A stretch of 64,000 bases of DNA from Octopus vulgaris (Eukaryota), in contig OX597816.1 of NCBI GenBank assembly GCA_951406725.2, forward strand, positions 84,072,001 through 84,136,000, read 5' to 3'. The notes under the pieces are model-generated. The model made no database searches, was not told the origin of the DNA, and saw only the letters and a program-made list of their open reading frames with translations. Every line of letters starts with the position of its first letter. The stretch's first letter is position 1. This document shows, piece after piece, positions 54,170 to 64,000 of this stretch. Position numbers and translations under genes: made by a program.

Positions 54170-54490
54170 CACCACCACCACAACCACCAACAGTAGCAGC
54201 CCTTAGCCGCCCTTAGCCGCCGCCGCCACCACCACCGCCTGCCGCCGCCGCTGACCACCGCTGCTGCCGCCGCTACCACCGTCCGCCGCCATCGCCACCA
54301 CCGCTCTCCGCCGCCGCCCGCCGTCGCTACCGCTCGCCACCGCTCACCGCCGCCGCCCGCCGTCGCTGCCGCTCGCCACCGCTCACCACCGCCGCCCGCC
54401 GCCGCCCGCCATCGCTGCCCACCGCCGCCCGCCGCCGCTGCCCACCGCCACCCGCCGCCGCCGCCCACTGCCGCTGCCCGCCGACTCGAC
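54170..54490. repeat. GC-rich (CCG)-derived minisatellite with 39-bp units
   Basis: ccgctc(t/a)ccgccgccgcccgccgtcgct(a/g)ccgctcgcca at 54301 and 54340, with degenerate flanking units. Confidence 0.85.
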
Positions 54491-55042
54491 TGCAGCCACA
54501 AAAACCGCAACAGTCATAGACACCGTCACTTCAAGAATCAACATCAATATGAAGCGTTATATGGGCAAACAGTGCGCTAGAAAGAGCAGCTAAATCTCTC
54601 CAAATCACCGCAATGCAAACTTGGTGGGAAAGGAGTGGATGAATTGGATATTGTATCTTCTAGAATAACCTTGAAATAAGAGGTTAGTCACGCTTGAAGT
54701 GCTTTGATTAAAAAAGCCTGCGCGATCAGAACTGATATGGAGCTAAATAAGAATATCACAACCGCTTTTAGAAACGCAAACATCACCACCATATCCCTCA
54801 ACATCAACACAATCACCATCTCTTTCATCACCACCACCACCATTATTATAACCAAGTCTAGAATTATCTCTACTATCACTACTGTCATCTCCACCAACAC
54901 CACCATCTCTACTAACACTAGCAGCACCAGCATTGCAACTACCATCAGCATCACAAACAACATCACCATCTATGTTATTACCAATACCACCACCGCCACC
55001 ACTATCTCGACGACGACCACTACTACCACCAGCACCAGCACC

Positions 55043-55073
<31 letters not shown>

Positions 55074-55400
55074 CCACCACTACTATAGTCAAGCTATCAA
55101 TCTATCGTCACCGCCTCTACCACCGACGTCACCGCCACCTCTACCTATGCCACGATCACTACAAATTCACATGTAACTTGATCCGTCAGGGTTTGGTGAG
55201 TCCCAGAACTGTCCTACCCCCTCTTGTTTCAACCGATCCACATTAAATCATAATGGGGAGGCGGCGTGACAAAAGTGGTGGCGGTGGTTATGGTGTTGGT
55301 GGTGTTCATCATCACGTTTAGGGCAGTTGTAGTGACCGTGATGGTGGTGGCGGTGGCGGTGGCGGTGCTGGTGCTGGTGGTAGTGTTGGTGGTAGTGTCA

Positions 55401-55634
55401 AAGGCGGCGAGCTGGCAGAAACGTTAGCACACCGGGTGAAATGCTTAGCAGTATTTCGTCTGCGTTACGTTGTGAGTTCAAATTCCGCCGAGGTTGACTT
55501 TGCCTCTCATCCTTTCGGGGTCGATAAATTAAGTACCAGTTACGCACTGGGGTCTATGTAATCGACTTAATACCTATGTCTGTCCTTGTTTGTCCCCTCT
55601 CTGTTTAGCCCCTTGTGGGTAATAAAGAAATAGG
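55401..55634 (+). mobile_element. Family A SINE, full length
   Basis: aaggcggcgagctggcagaaacg...gccccttgtgggtaataaagaaatagg. Confidence 0.85.
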
Positions 55635-55648
55635 TAGTGTTATTGGTA

Positions 55649-55711
<63 letters not shown>

Positions 55712-55805
55712 TTCAATAAAAGGCACCAGAGTTTGGCATGGTATTATCCATATAATTCAAAATGGGATGATTATAATCAAAATAAGCAACAAGGATATCC
55801 AAAGG

Positions 55806-55846
<41 letters not shown>

Positions 55847-55849
55847 TTG

Positions 55850-56460
55850 TATGTCTGCATTTGTCCCCTCATCATCGCTTACATCCGATGATGGTGTGTT
55901 TACGTCCCAGTAACTTAGCGGTTCGGAAAAAGGGATCCGATAGAGTAAGTACTAAGCTTACAAAAAATAAGTCCTGGGGTCGATTTGTTCAACTAAAGGC
56001 GGTGCTCCAGCATAGCCGCAGTCAACTGACTCAAACAAATAAAAGAATAAAAGAATATATATATATATATATACTACATATATTTTTTTTTCTTTTACTT
56101 GTGGCCGTGTTGGAGCACCGCCTTAAGGGGTTTTAGCCGACCAAAACGACCGCATAGCTTATTTTAAGTCAAGGGTTTAATCGATCAGTTTCTTTTGCTG
56201 AACTGGTAGGTTACAGGGACATAAGCACACCAACACCAAATTGTCAAGCGATGATGGGTGGGGGGACGAACATAGGCAAAAATACACACAAACATATACG
56301 ACGTGCTTCTTTCAGTTTTCGTCTACCAAATCCAATCACAGCGGTTTGGTCAACCCGAAGCTATAGTAGAAGACACTTGTCCTAGGTGCCACGCAGTGGG
56401 ACTGAACCCGGAACTGTATGGTTGGGAAGGAAGCTTCTTACAACATAGACACGCCTGCGC
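55850..56460. mobile_element. Two family B SINEs tail to tail
   Basis: Plus 3' half about 55850-56055; minus copy about 56090-56460. Confidence 0.75.
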
Positions 56461-57033
56461 TTAGGGGGTGAGAGTTGTAATGAATGCGAGAGAAGTGATG
56501 ATGGTGGTTACGGTGGTTGTGGTGTTGGAGACAATTATGGAGAGTTGGAGACAAATATGGTTGAGGACATCAATGGTGGCAGCGATGGTAACTGTGATAA
56601 ATTCGGATGTGAATATAATTCATTGATTAAGCAATCTGAAACTATGATGCTAGAAAATTTCTCAGGGTTGCCTTCTGTAACAAGAAAATATATACAAACT
56701 ACTTTCCCAGAATCGCTAATGAACATTATTGCTCCAGATTAAACGCAAACGACTTCTTACAAAGTTTGAAAACACATTAATAAACAAAGATTAAACTGAA
56801 ACAGTTGTGTCTTCAATATAACATATTTGAAAGTTTGGCATGCACACATGCACACATACACACGCATACACATATACACACACACACACACACGCATATA
56901 CACCCACATACACGCTCACAGGTACACACACCCACGCAGATATATATGCATACATATGTATAAGTGGTGTCCTCTAGCTGGCAGTTAATACCTGGGTGAA
57001 AATTATTTCTTCACAATATTTAACGGGATTAGA

Positions 57034-57060
<27 letters not shown>

Positions 57061-57064
<4 letters not shown>

Positions 57065-58084
57065 AATAAAATATATGAATATATATAAACATATATGTAC
57101 GTACCTACCTCTACATGTACATATACACGCATATATGTGTACAGGACACCAAAAGGACGTCGAACACATAGAGAGACGAAAAACATAGACACAAACCAAG
57201 GAACAAGACAAGCAAAAAAAGGAGATACAGGACAATAAGCACAACGAAAAATCCCCTTCTTCAGTCGCTAAAGTTTCATCTACTAAACGTTTCGAAGGAT
57301 AAAAGCGAGACGTATACTTCGAATGAAAAATTCCTTCCTGCGAAAAGCAAATCAATTAAAATTCTGAGATCTTGTCGCAGAGGGGTAAAAAAAGCAAGAC
57401 GGTAACGACAGTACAAACATGTAAACAGTAAAAAATATATATATAAACAGTGGAAAAATGAATATATAACAGTGAGAGACAGGACAAGGAGAACAAGATA
57501 AGAAGGGCTGTTAACGCCAGACGAAAAAAGTATTGCAAACGCTGGATTATAGTGGACGACGAGAGAGGAAGATGTCGACCAGTGGCCTTAGAAGGCAGGT
57601 GAGAAAGGACGGGATAGCAGTTACGACGGAAGTACGTCGCAGATGGACGACGGGAATGGGGGAGGAGGAGCAAGAGGAAGACAGAGAAGAAGGGGAATGG
57701 TGCGAGGAGACCATGAAGAACAGTGAGGGGGAGAGAGAGAGGAAGAGACAAGTTAAGTGAGGGAAAAAAAGACGAAAAAGGGAATGGGAGAGAAAGAAAG
57801 AAAGATGCAGAGTCGCGTGAGAGTTAATATCAAGGCGAACTTGATAAACAGAACAATCTTACTTAATAGGGTGCGTGCGTTTAGTCGTATAATATGTTAA
57901 TAAAATATATGCATATATATAAACATATATGTACGTACCTACCTCTACATGTACATATACACGCATATATGTGTACAGGACACCAAAAGGACGTCGAACA
58001 CATAGAGAGACGAAAAACATAGACACAAACCAAGGAACAAGACAAGCAAAAAAAGGAGATACAGGACAATAAGCACAACGAAAA

Positions 58085-58085
<1 letters not shown>
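57061..58085 (-). mobile_element. Terminally redundant non-coding element (period 834 bp, about 190-bp direct repeats)
   Basis: 57061-57250 is repeated almost exactly at 57895-58085; an opposite-strand solo piece lies at about 51020-51212; (TA)n flanks; strand is inferred. Confidence 0.8.
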
Positions 58086-58136
<51 letters not shown>

Positions 58137-58404
58137 TATATACACATATATATACATATATACACATATATATACATATATACACATATATATACATATA
58201 CACACATATATATATGTGTGTGTGTGTGTGTGTGCGTGTGTGTGTGTGCGTGTGTTTTTGTGTGTGTATGTGTATGTGCGTGTATGTTTGTGTGCCTGTG
58301 TGTGTATGTGCTGTGAAAATGAATACGTTTGAAAGGGTAATCTGGCCGTATGAAACGTTATTCAAATATTTCTATATTTTGGTCTCGAAACCCCTCTTCA
58401 AGTA

Positions 58405-58572
58405 AATAGGAGCGGCTGTGTGGTAAGTAGCTTGCATACAAACCACATGGTTCTAGGTTCAGTCCCACTGCATGACACCTTGGGCAAGTGTCTTCTAATA
58501 TAGCCTCGGGCCGACCAAAGCCTTGTGAGTGGATTTGGTAGACGGAAACTGCAAGAAGCCCGTCGTATATAC

Positions 58573-58610
<38 letters not shown>

Positions 58611-58830
58611 CTATGTATGTATATATATGTATATATATGCATGTATGTGTGTCTCTTTGCCCCCCCCCAACCGATGCTGGTGTGTTTACGTCCCCGTAAT
58701 TTAGCGGTTCGGCAAAAGAGACCGATAAAATAAGTAATAGGCTTACTAAGAATAAGTCTTAGGGTCGATTTGCTCGACTTAAGGCGGTGCTGCAACATGG
58801 CTACAGTCAAATGACTGAAACAAGTAAAAG
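58405..58830 (+). mobile_element. Family B SINE, full length
   Basis: ggagcggctgtgtggtaagtagcttgc...aatgactgaaacaagtaaaag. Confidence 0.85.
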
Positions 58831-60467
58831 AATAAAAGAATAAAAAAGTAAAAGATTATAACAGTAAAGAAAAGCTTTACGAATGGAAAAATAAACAACA
58901 CTATTTCAGTGGTAAATGGCTAAAATCACGTTAGTTTTCTTTAATGCAACCCAAGGTAGCTTAACTTTATTCGTTTCATATCGGTGAATGATATAAACTT
59001 TTGTAGACTTAAATTTCGGAGTGACGCACCAACTAACATGTGCTAACCTATAATAGTTAACAGGTTCTTATTTTATATTTGGTGGATGAGTTCGTCTCTC
59101 ACACCATCACATCACGGTTAAATCAAACTACAGAATTTAAGGTTTCCTGCCAGCTGGTGTGTCGCCAAATTAAGGATATCATCAAATTAGTAAACCTATA
59201 TACCAGCTGCGCCAATCATAATTTTTTTAAATGGGATAAAAAATTTAATTCGCTGAAATTGAATGCACTGTGTGAATACGAACTGGATCACTCTCACTAC
59301 ACTGAGCGCTTACATATTGCGCTTAGATTTAAGAAAGGTTGTCTCTACCTTTCATCTTTCAAGGTCGATAAAATAAACCTTTTCCAAATTTCTCACCGTA
59401 TGCCTGTGCTAGAAATTATCGTAATTATTATTACAATAGTGCAAGAGTGCGAGCTGTCAGAATCGTTAGCACGCCGGGGAAATTCTAAGCGTCACTTCGT
59501 CTTTACGTTCTGAGTTCAAATTCTGCCAAGGTCGACTTCGAATTCACCTTTCATATGAAATAAGTACAGGTCAAGCACTGGAGTCGAACTTGTGTGCCTA
59601 TAGCAGAAAGGATTATTACATTATGTTAAATGCATTGGGTTGTAGAATCGTTAGAGTATCTGAACAATACTTTGCAATATTTGCCCAGTCTCTGTACGTT
59701 CCGAGTTCAAACCACGCTGAGAATAAGTCTCCCTTTTATCAATTCTAGCTTCGATAAAACAAAGTACCATCGACTAACACATTGCCACCAAAACTTTTGG
59801 GCTTGGATTTAAAATAGAAACTACTTTTGCAATGGTCGTGAAGGGTTTTTATTAGCAGAGTCATTAGAATAGCGGAAAATACACCTAATATATTTGTTCC
59901 GTTTTTATACATTCTGAGTTCAAATGACGCCGAGGTCAAGTTTTCATTCTATCATTTCCGGGCTCCGTAAATAAAGTACCAGTAAATTACTAGAACTCCC
60001 CAAAATTTTAAACCTCGATAGCATTTTAAACCTTGATAACTGTTTTAAACCTTGATATTTCAAACCTTGATAACAGTTAATAGAAAATGGCGGTTATTGG
60101 CAAAATCAGTAGACTTAAGAGCAAAACTTGTTTGCCGGTTTTTCGTTGCGATTCAAGTTCAAATCACATCAAGCTTCACTGTGTGTTTATCTTTCAAGGG
60201 TCACTTAAATATAGTAGCTGCCGAACAACATTTTTGAGTGAGCTATTGATTAAATTACTCATACTGGATTTCACATCATAAACACTCTATTGTAAATGTG
60301 TACTATTTGCAAATATATGTATTGATATATATACATATATAGGCGCATGAGTGACTGTGTGGTAAGTAGCTTGCTTACCATCCACATGGTTCCGGGTTCC
60401 GACCAAAGCCTTGTGAATGGATTTGGTAGACGGAAACTGAAAGAAGCCCGTTGTATATATGTATATA

Positions 60468-60526
<59 letters not shown>

Positions 60527-60584
60527 AAAAAAATGAAGTTCGAAAATGCTGCTGTATTATACAATTTTTAATTTTTATATATAC

Positions 60585-60628
60585 ATTATAACATGTTTCA
60601 GTTCCTGAAATGAACCTTATCAAAAAAA
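60585..60628 (-). ncRNA. Hammerhead-like motif, U3-A8 variant with weak stem I
   Basis: Minus strand TTGATAA-GGTTC-ATTTCAG-GAACT-GAAA-CATG-TT; palindromic ACATGT. Confidence 0.45.
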
Positions 60629-61003
60629 GTTATATATAAAAAAAGACAGCTCATGCCGTCAAACACAAGAAATTCATTTATAATACACAACGGAGTCAGA
60701 CATCTTAGAGTTCATGTATAGTTGATATATAGTTCATGTATAGTTGATATATAGTTTGAAGTATATGTTCAAAGTGTTCGATGCAGTGGCCCACGGTGGC
60801 GATACGTATTCAATACAAAAAGCAGATCAAAGTGGTGGAAAGCGGTCAATACAGAAGATTGATGTTTCCGAAAGAGCGAGGAATTCATTTTTACCTTAAG
60901 CAATTGTGATGACCCATGGTGGAAGTTCGCTGGGTGGTTCTAGTGAGTTTTTGTGAAGTGCTCGGTTTTATAATGCCTGTTAGGTGGTCAATCCAGCGTA
61001 GCG

Positions 61004-61432
61004 TGACGTCATCAACGTTTTGACCAATCGTTTCGTTAGGTGGCTTTAGTCAAGTAGAACGGGACGTCATCATTATTTTGACCAATCGCTGCATTATAAC
61101 TGCCTCTTGTTTGTTTCCTGTTTTGACCAGTCGCTTCGTTAGTCAAGTAGAACGGGACGTCATCATTATTTTGACCAATCGCTGCATTATAACTGCCTCT
61201 TGTTTGTTTCCTGTTTTGACCAGTCGCTTCGTTAGTCAAGCAGAACGGGACGTCATCCAGATTCTGCCCAATCACGACTTATAGCTACATTAGATCTGCC
61301 CCCTGTCTGTACTTGTTAGGTGACTAGTCAAGCAGAAAAGGACGTCATCAATATTCTGACTAATGACTGTCCCCTGTTTGTATCCTGTCCATTCTAGCGG
61401 AGCTAGACGTCATCAACTTGTTGACCAATCAG
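61004..61432. repeat. 93-bp tandem repeat carrying GACGTCA plus CCAAT pairs
   Basis: ttagtcaag(t/c)agaacgggacgtcatc at 61046, 61139 and 61232; diverged motif copies near 61005, 61340 and 61406. Confidence 0.85.
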
Positions 61433-61829
61433 AATCGGGTCTGACCCTTAGCTGTATCGTATGTATCAGGGTCAGATTTGCACGAAAGAATTTTTTTCCT
61501 TTTTTACTAAGGCATATTTCCGTCAGAGTGAGTGTCTGTTTGAAGTAGCGGCCGTGGTGGAATTTTGCTTCTCCTTTTCGGAGGACTTATCTTTTGTTTT
61601 AGTATTCCTGGCCCAGGGTGTTTAAACTTGGTCTAAATTTTTTTATGAAATATAGTTCTTTATTTTGGCGTTGTGTGAAGGTTGCGTTGTCACTGAATTT
61701 ATAGAGCGGGTTAGTTGTAAATTTCGGATTTACATTTCCAGCACATCTATCTATGTGTCCGCTGACCGGTATTTTGCGGTAATCAGGGTTTCTAATTTCT
61801 ATATATATATATAAGTATGTATATATATA

Positions 61830-62010
61830 TCGCTTGACAACCGATGCTGGTGTGTTTGCGTCCCAGTAACTTAGCGGTTCGGCAAAAGATCCCGATACAA
61901 TAAGTACTAGGCTTACAAAGAATAAGTCCTGGGGTCAATTTGCTCGACTAAAGGTAGTGCTCCAACATGGCCGCAGTCAAATGACTGAAACAAGTAAAAG
62001 AGTAAAAGAG
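61830..62010 (+). mobile_element. Family B SINE, 3' half
   Basis: cgcttgacaaccgatgctgg...aatgactgaaacaagtaaaagag. Confidence 0.85.
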
Positions 62011-62058
62011 AATTAAGTGTATATATATATATATATGTGTGTGTGTGTATGCATACAC

Positions 62059-62150
<92 letters not shown>

Positions 62151-62152
<2 letters not shown>

Positions 62153-63410
62153 GACATGCCGGAAGTAAATAGACACCTTTAATTTTCAAAATTTCTGATC
62201 TAAGCGTCTTAGAAGCGTTTTCAGAATTTACAATGTAATTATTCTGTTTGATTCCAGGTGGCATCATATTAAACATTTGCGAAGAGTAACCATGCCACGC
62301 ACAAAAATTTCAGCAGAACTGTCAGATTTTCAAAGAGATCCTATTATTGGGCAATCTGAGGCTGGTCTTAGCCAGCGAAAAAATGCCGAAAATCTTCAAA
62401 TTCCTCTTTCTACTGTTAATAGAATTATAGTGCTATTCAAAAGCCAAGGAAAAGAATCAAGAGATTCTCGTCCCGGCCGACCTGGGCCCACGGAAAGGAA
62501 GCTTCGCTTTTTTAAAAGGATTGTGGAAAATGAACCCCGTTCAGAAGCTTCTGGCATTGCAAAACAGCTAGAAGTTAGTCCAAGAAGGTGTGTTATATAT
62601 CTGCATAAGCTTGGGTATTATGGACGAGCAGCTAGAAGAAAATCTCTCTTACAACCAATTAATATCATGAAAAGAAAGAAATGGACTAAGATGTCAGTAA
62701 AATCCAGTTCATTTTGGGATAGAGTGATTTTCTCAGATGAATCCAGATTTGCATTATTTTCAGACAGTGGACGTGTTTCGGTCTGGAGGCATCCTAATCG
62801 AGAATTTGATTTGAAACGATTCCAATCAACTGTGAAACATGGCGGTATCTCTGTAATAGTATGGAGAGCTGTCCCCAACAATGGTCATTCTGAGCTGATC
62901 GAATGTGTTGTAACCATAAACTCTGAAAAATATATCGAAATACTTAAGAAAGGACTACTTCCGATGTATTCACACGATAACAAAGAAATATGAGTTTTTA
63001 TTCATGGAAGATGGAACTCCATGCCACACAGCAAAAAGGAATCAACAATGGCTGATTGAAAATGGGATCAAAAAGCTTCCTTGGCCGAGCCAATCTCCTG
63101 ACATGAACCCAATTGAAAATCTTTGGCGCATACTAGACAGAGCTATACGAAAAACTCAACAGTATCTTAAATCTAAAGATGAATTGTTTCGATCGTTGCG
63201 AGAAAATTGGGCAGAAATTCCACAAGAGACAATCACAAAGTTCATCAGTTCAATGCCACAAAGAGTTTCTAAATTAATAACTGCAAAGGGAATGTCAACT
63301 AAATACAAAGTATGTAGTCCAACCTATCGATTACATTTCAATTGTTCGCTTTGCGTATTAAAAAAATGATTTTGAAAATTAAAGGTGCCTATTTAATTCC
63401 TGCATGTCTG
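62151..63410 (+). mobile_element. Full-length Tc1-family DNA transposon
   Basis: About 42-bp TIRs cagacatgccggaagtaaatagacaccttttaattttcaaaat / attttgaaaattaaaggtgcctatttaattcctgcatgtctg; TA on the left flank. Confidence 0.92.
62292..63369 (+). pseudogene. Tc1 transposase (DD34E), one frameshift near 62990-63003
   Basis: MPRTK..ELSDFQR, HTH region with GRP, VIFSDESRF, TVKHGG.SV.VW, MEDGTPCH, WPSQSPDMNPIENLW; 34 residues between the second D and E. Confidence 0.92.
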
Positions 63411-63427
63411 TGTATGTGTATATATAT

Positions 63428-63498
<71 letters not shown>

Positions 63499-63636
63499 CA
63501 TATAGATGCATATAAATTTAAATTTAAAATGAGGGTGAAAAATTGAATATTAATTTGATTAACATCAATTCAAAACCAGTGGTCTAGCATATTAAAATTT
63601 GAAGGTTCAGAAAATTGTATTACATACATATATATA

Positions 63637-63669
<33 letters not shown>

Positions 63670-63670
<1 letters not shown>

Positions 63671-64000
63671 TAGCAGTATCGCCCGGCGTTGCTCAGGTTT
63701 GTAAGGGAAATAACTATAAAGCATTTTTAGAGAGTTATAGCCAAAAAATAGCAAAAAAATGGAAAAAAAATGATGGTAAATTTTTTTGAGAGTTAAAAAA
63801 GGTGGAGTTGCGTCCCCTAGACGGTCTGTGGTTTGGGTTTCTGATTCTCGACCCCATGTCGAATTTATCGATTTTTTTCAGAACTGGGGGAACTTTTCAA
63901 AATTTTCGCTGCGTTAGTTTGGAATTATGACATTGGGCTATGTGTGTGTCAAGTTTCATCAGGACACACAGAAAACGCACAGACAAACTGCCGTTTATAT
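63670..64000 (-). mobile_element. Short non-autonomous Helitron
   Basis: Minus-strand 3' end cctgagcaacgccggg hairpin followed by ...CTAG|T; 5' part atataaacggcagtttgtctgtg runs to the window edge. Confidence 0.65.

Larger units (their letters stand above)
60525..61800 (-). mobile_element. 3' end of a Penelope-like element (GIY-YIG C-terminus, repeat-rich 3' region, HHR-like motif)
   Basis: Minus strand from about 61798 reads EIRNPDYRKIPVSGHIDRCAG...PLYKF...QRQNKELYFIKKFRPSLN, similar to 33960-34082; (TA)n at both ends. Confidence 0.7.

Noticed and set aside
54169-55246. Gly/Ala/Trp-rich ORF (54169-54510) and Thr-rich mucin-like ORF (54704-55246)
   Set aside because: Derived from (CCG)n and (CCA)n low-complexity DNA; no splice or domain support.
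56545-56742. 65-aa non-repetitive ORF METNMVEDINGG...
   Set aside because: Short, no known motif, begins in GGT-rich low-complexity sequence; insufficient support.
57245-57300. Possible type II hammerhead (GAAACG...CTGAAGA on the minus strand) in the 810-830 bp family, also near 11000 and 49740
   Set aside because: The words are conserved, but I could not form a consistent stem I hairpin or a correctly registered stem II across copies.

Overview
AT-rich eukaryotic non-coding DNA that looks like coleoid cephalopod (octopus-like) intergenic or intronic sequence, judged from its SINE families and dense (TA)n/(CA)n/(TATG)n microsatellites. I found no credible host protein-coding exon; nearly all listed ORFs are microsatellite translations. 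The window is a patchwork of transposable elements: three tRNA-derived SINE families, RTE, Tx1/L1 and R4-like LINE fragments, Penelope-like element (PLE) remnants, a near-complete Tc1 (DD34E) transposon, deleted mariners, MITEs and a short Helitron. The main hidden signal is RNA-structural. Read by eye on both strands, the window holds about ten type I hammerhead-ribozyme (HHR) motifs, most with the minimal palindromic stem III typical of PLEs and retrozymes, in several non-coding repeat families inserted into (TA)n tracts. The best case is a young 362-bp tandem array (47087-48216), a non-LTR retrozyme candidate. Each unit carries an HHR with a compensatory U3-A8 core (UUGAAAA instead of CUGANGA), and the array ends in an inverted segment. 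A second notable signal is that one SINE 3' tail matches the 3' end of a Tx1/L1-type LINE in the same window. All folds and alignments were done by eye, so boundaries are approximate.
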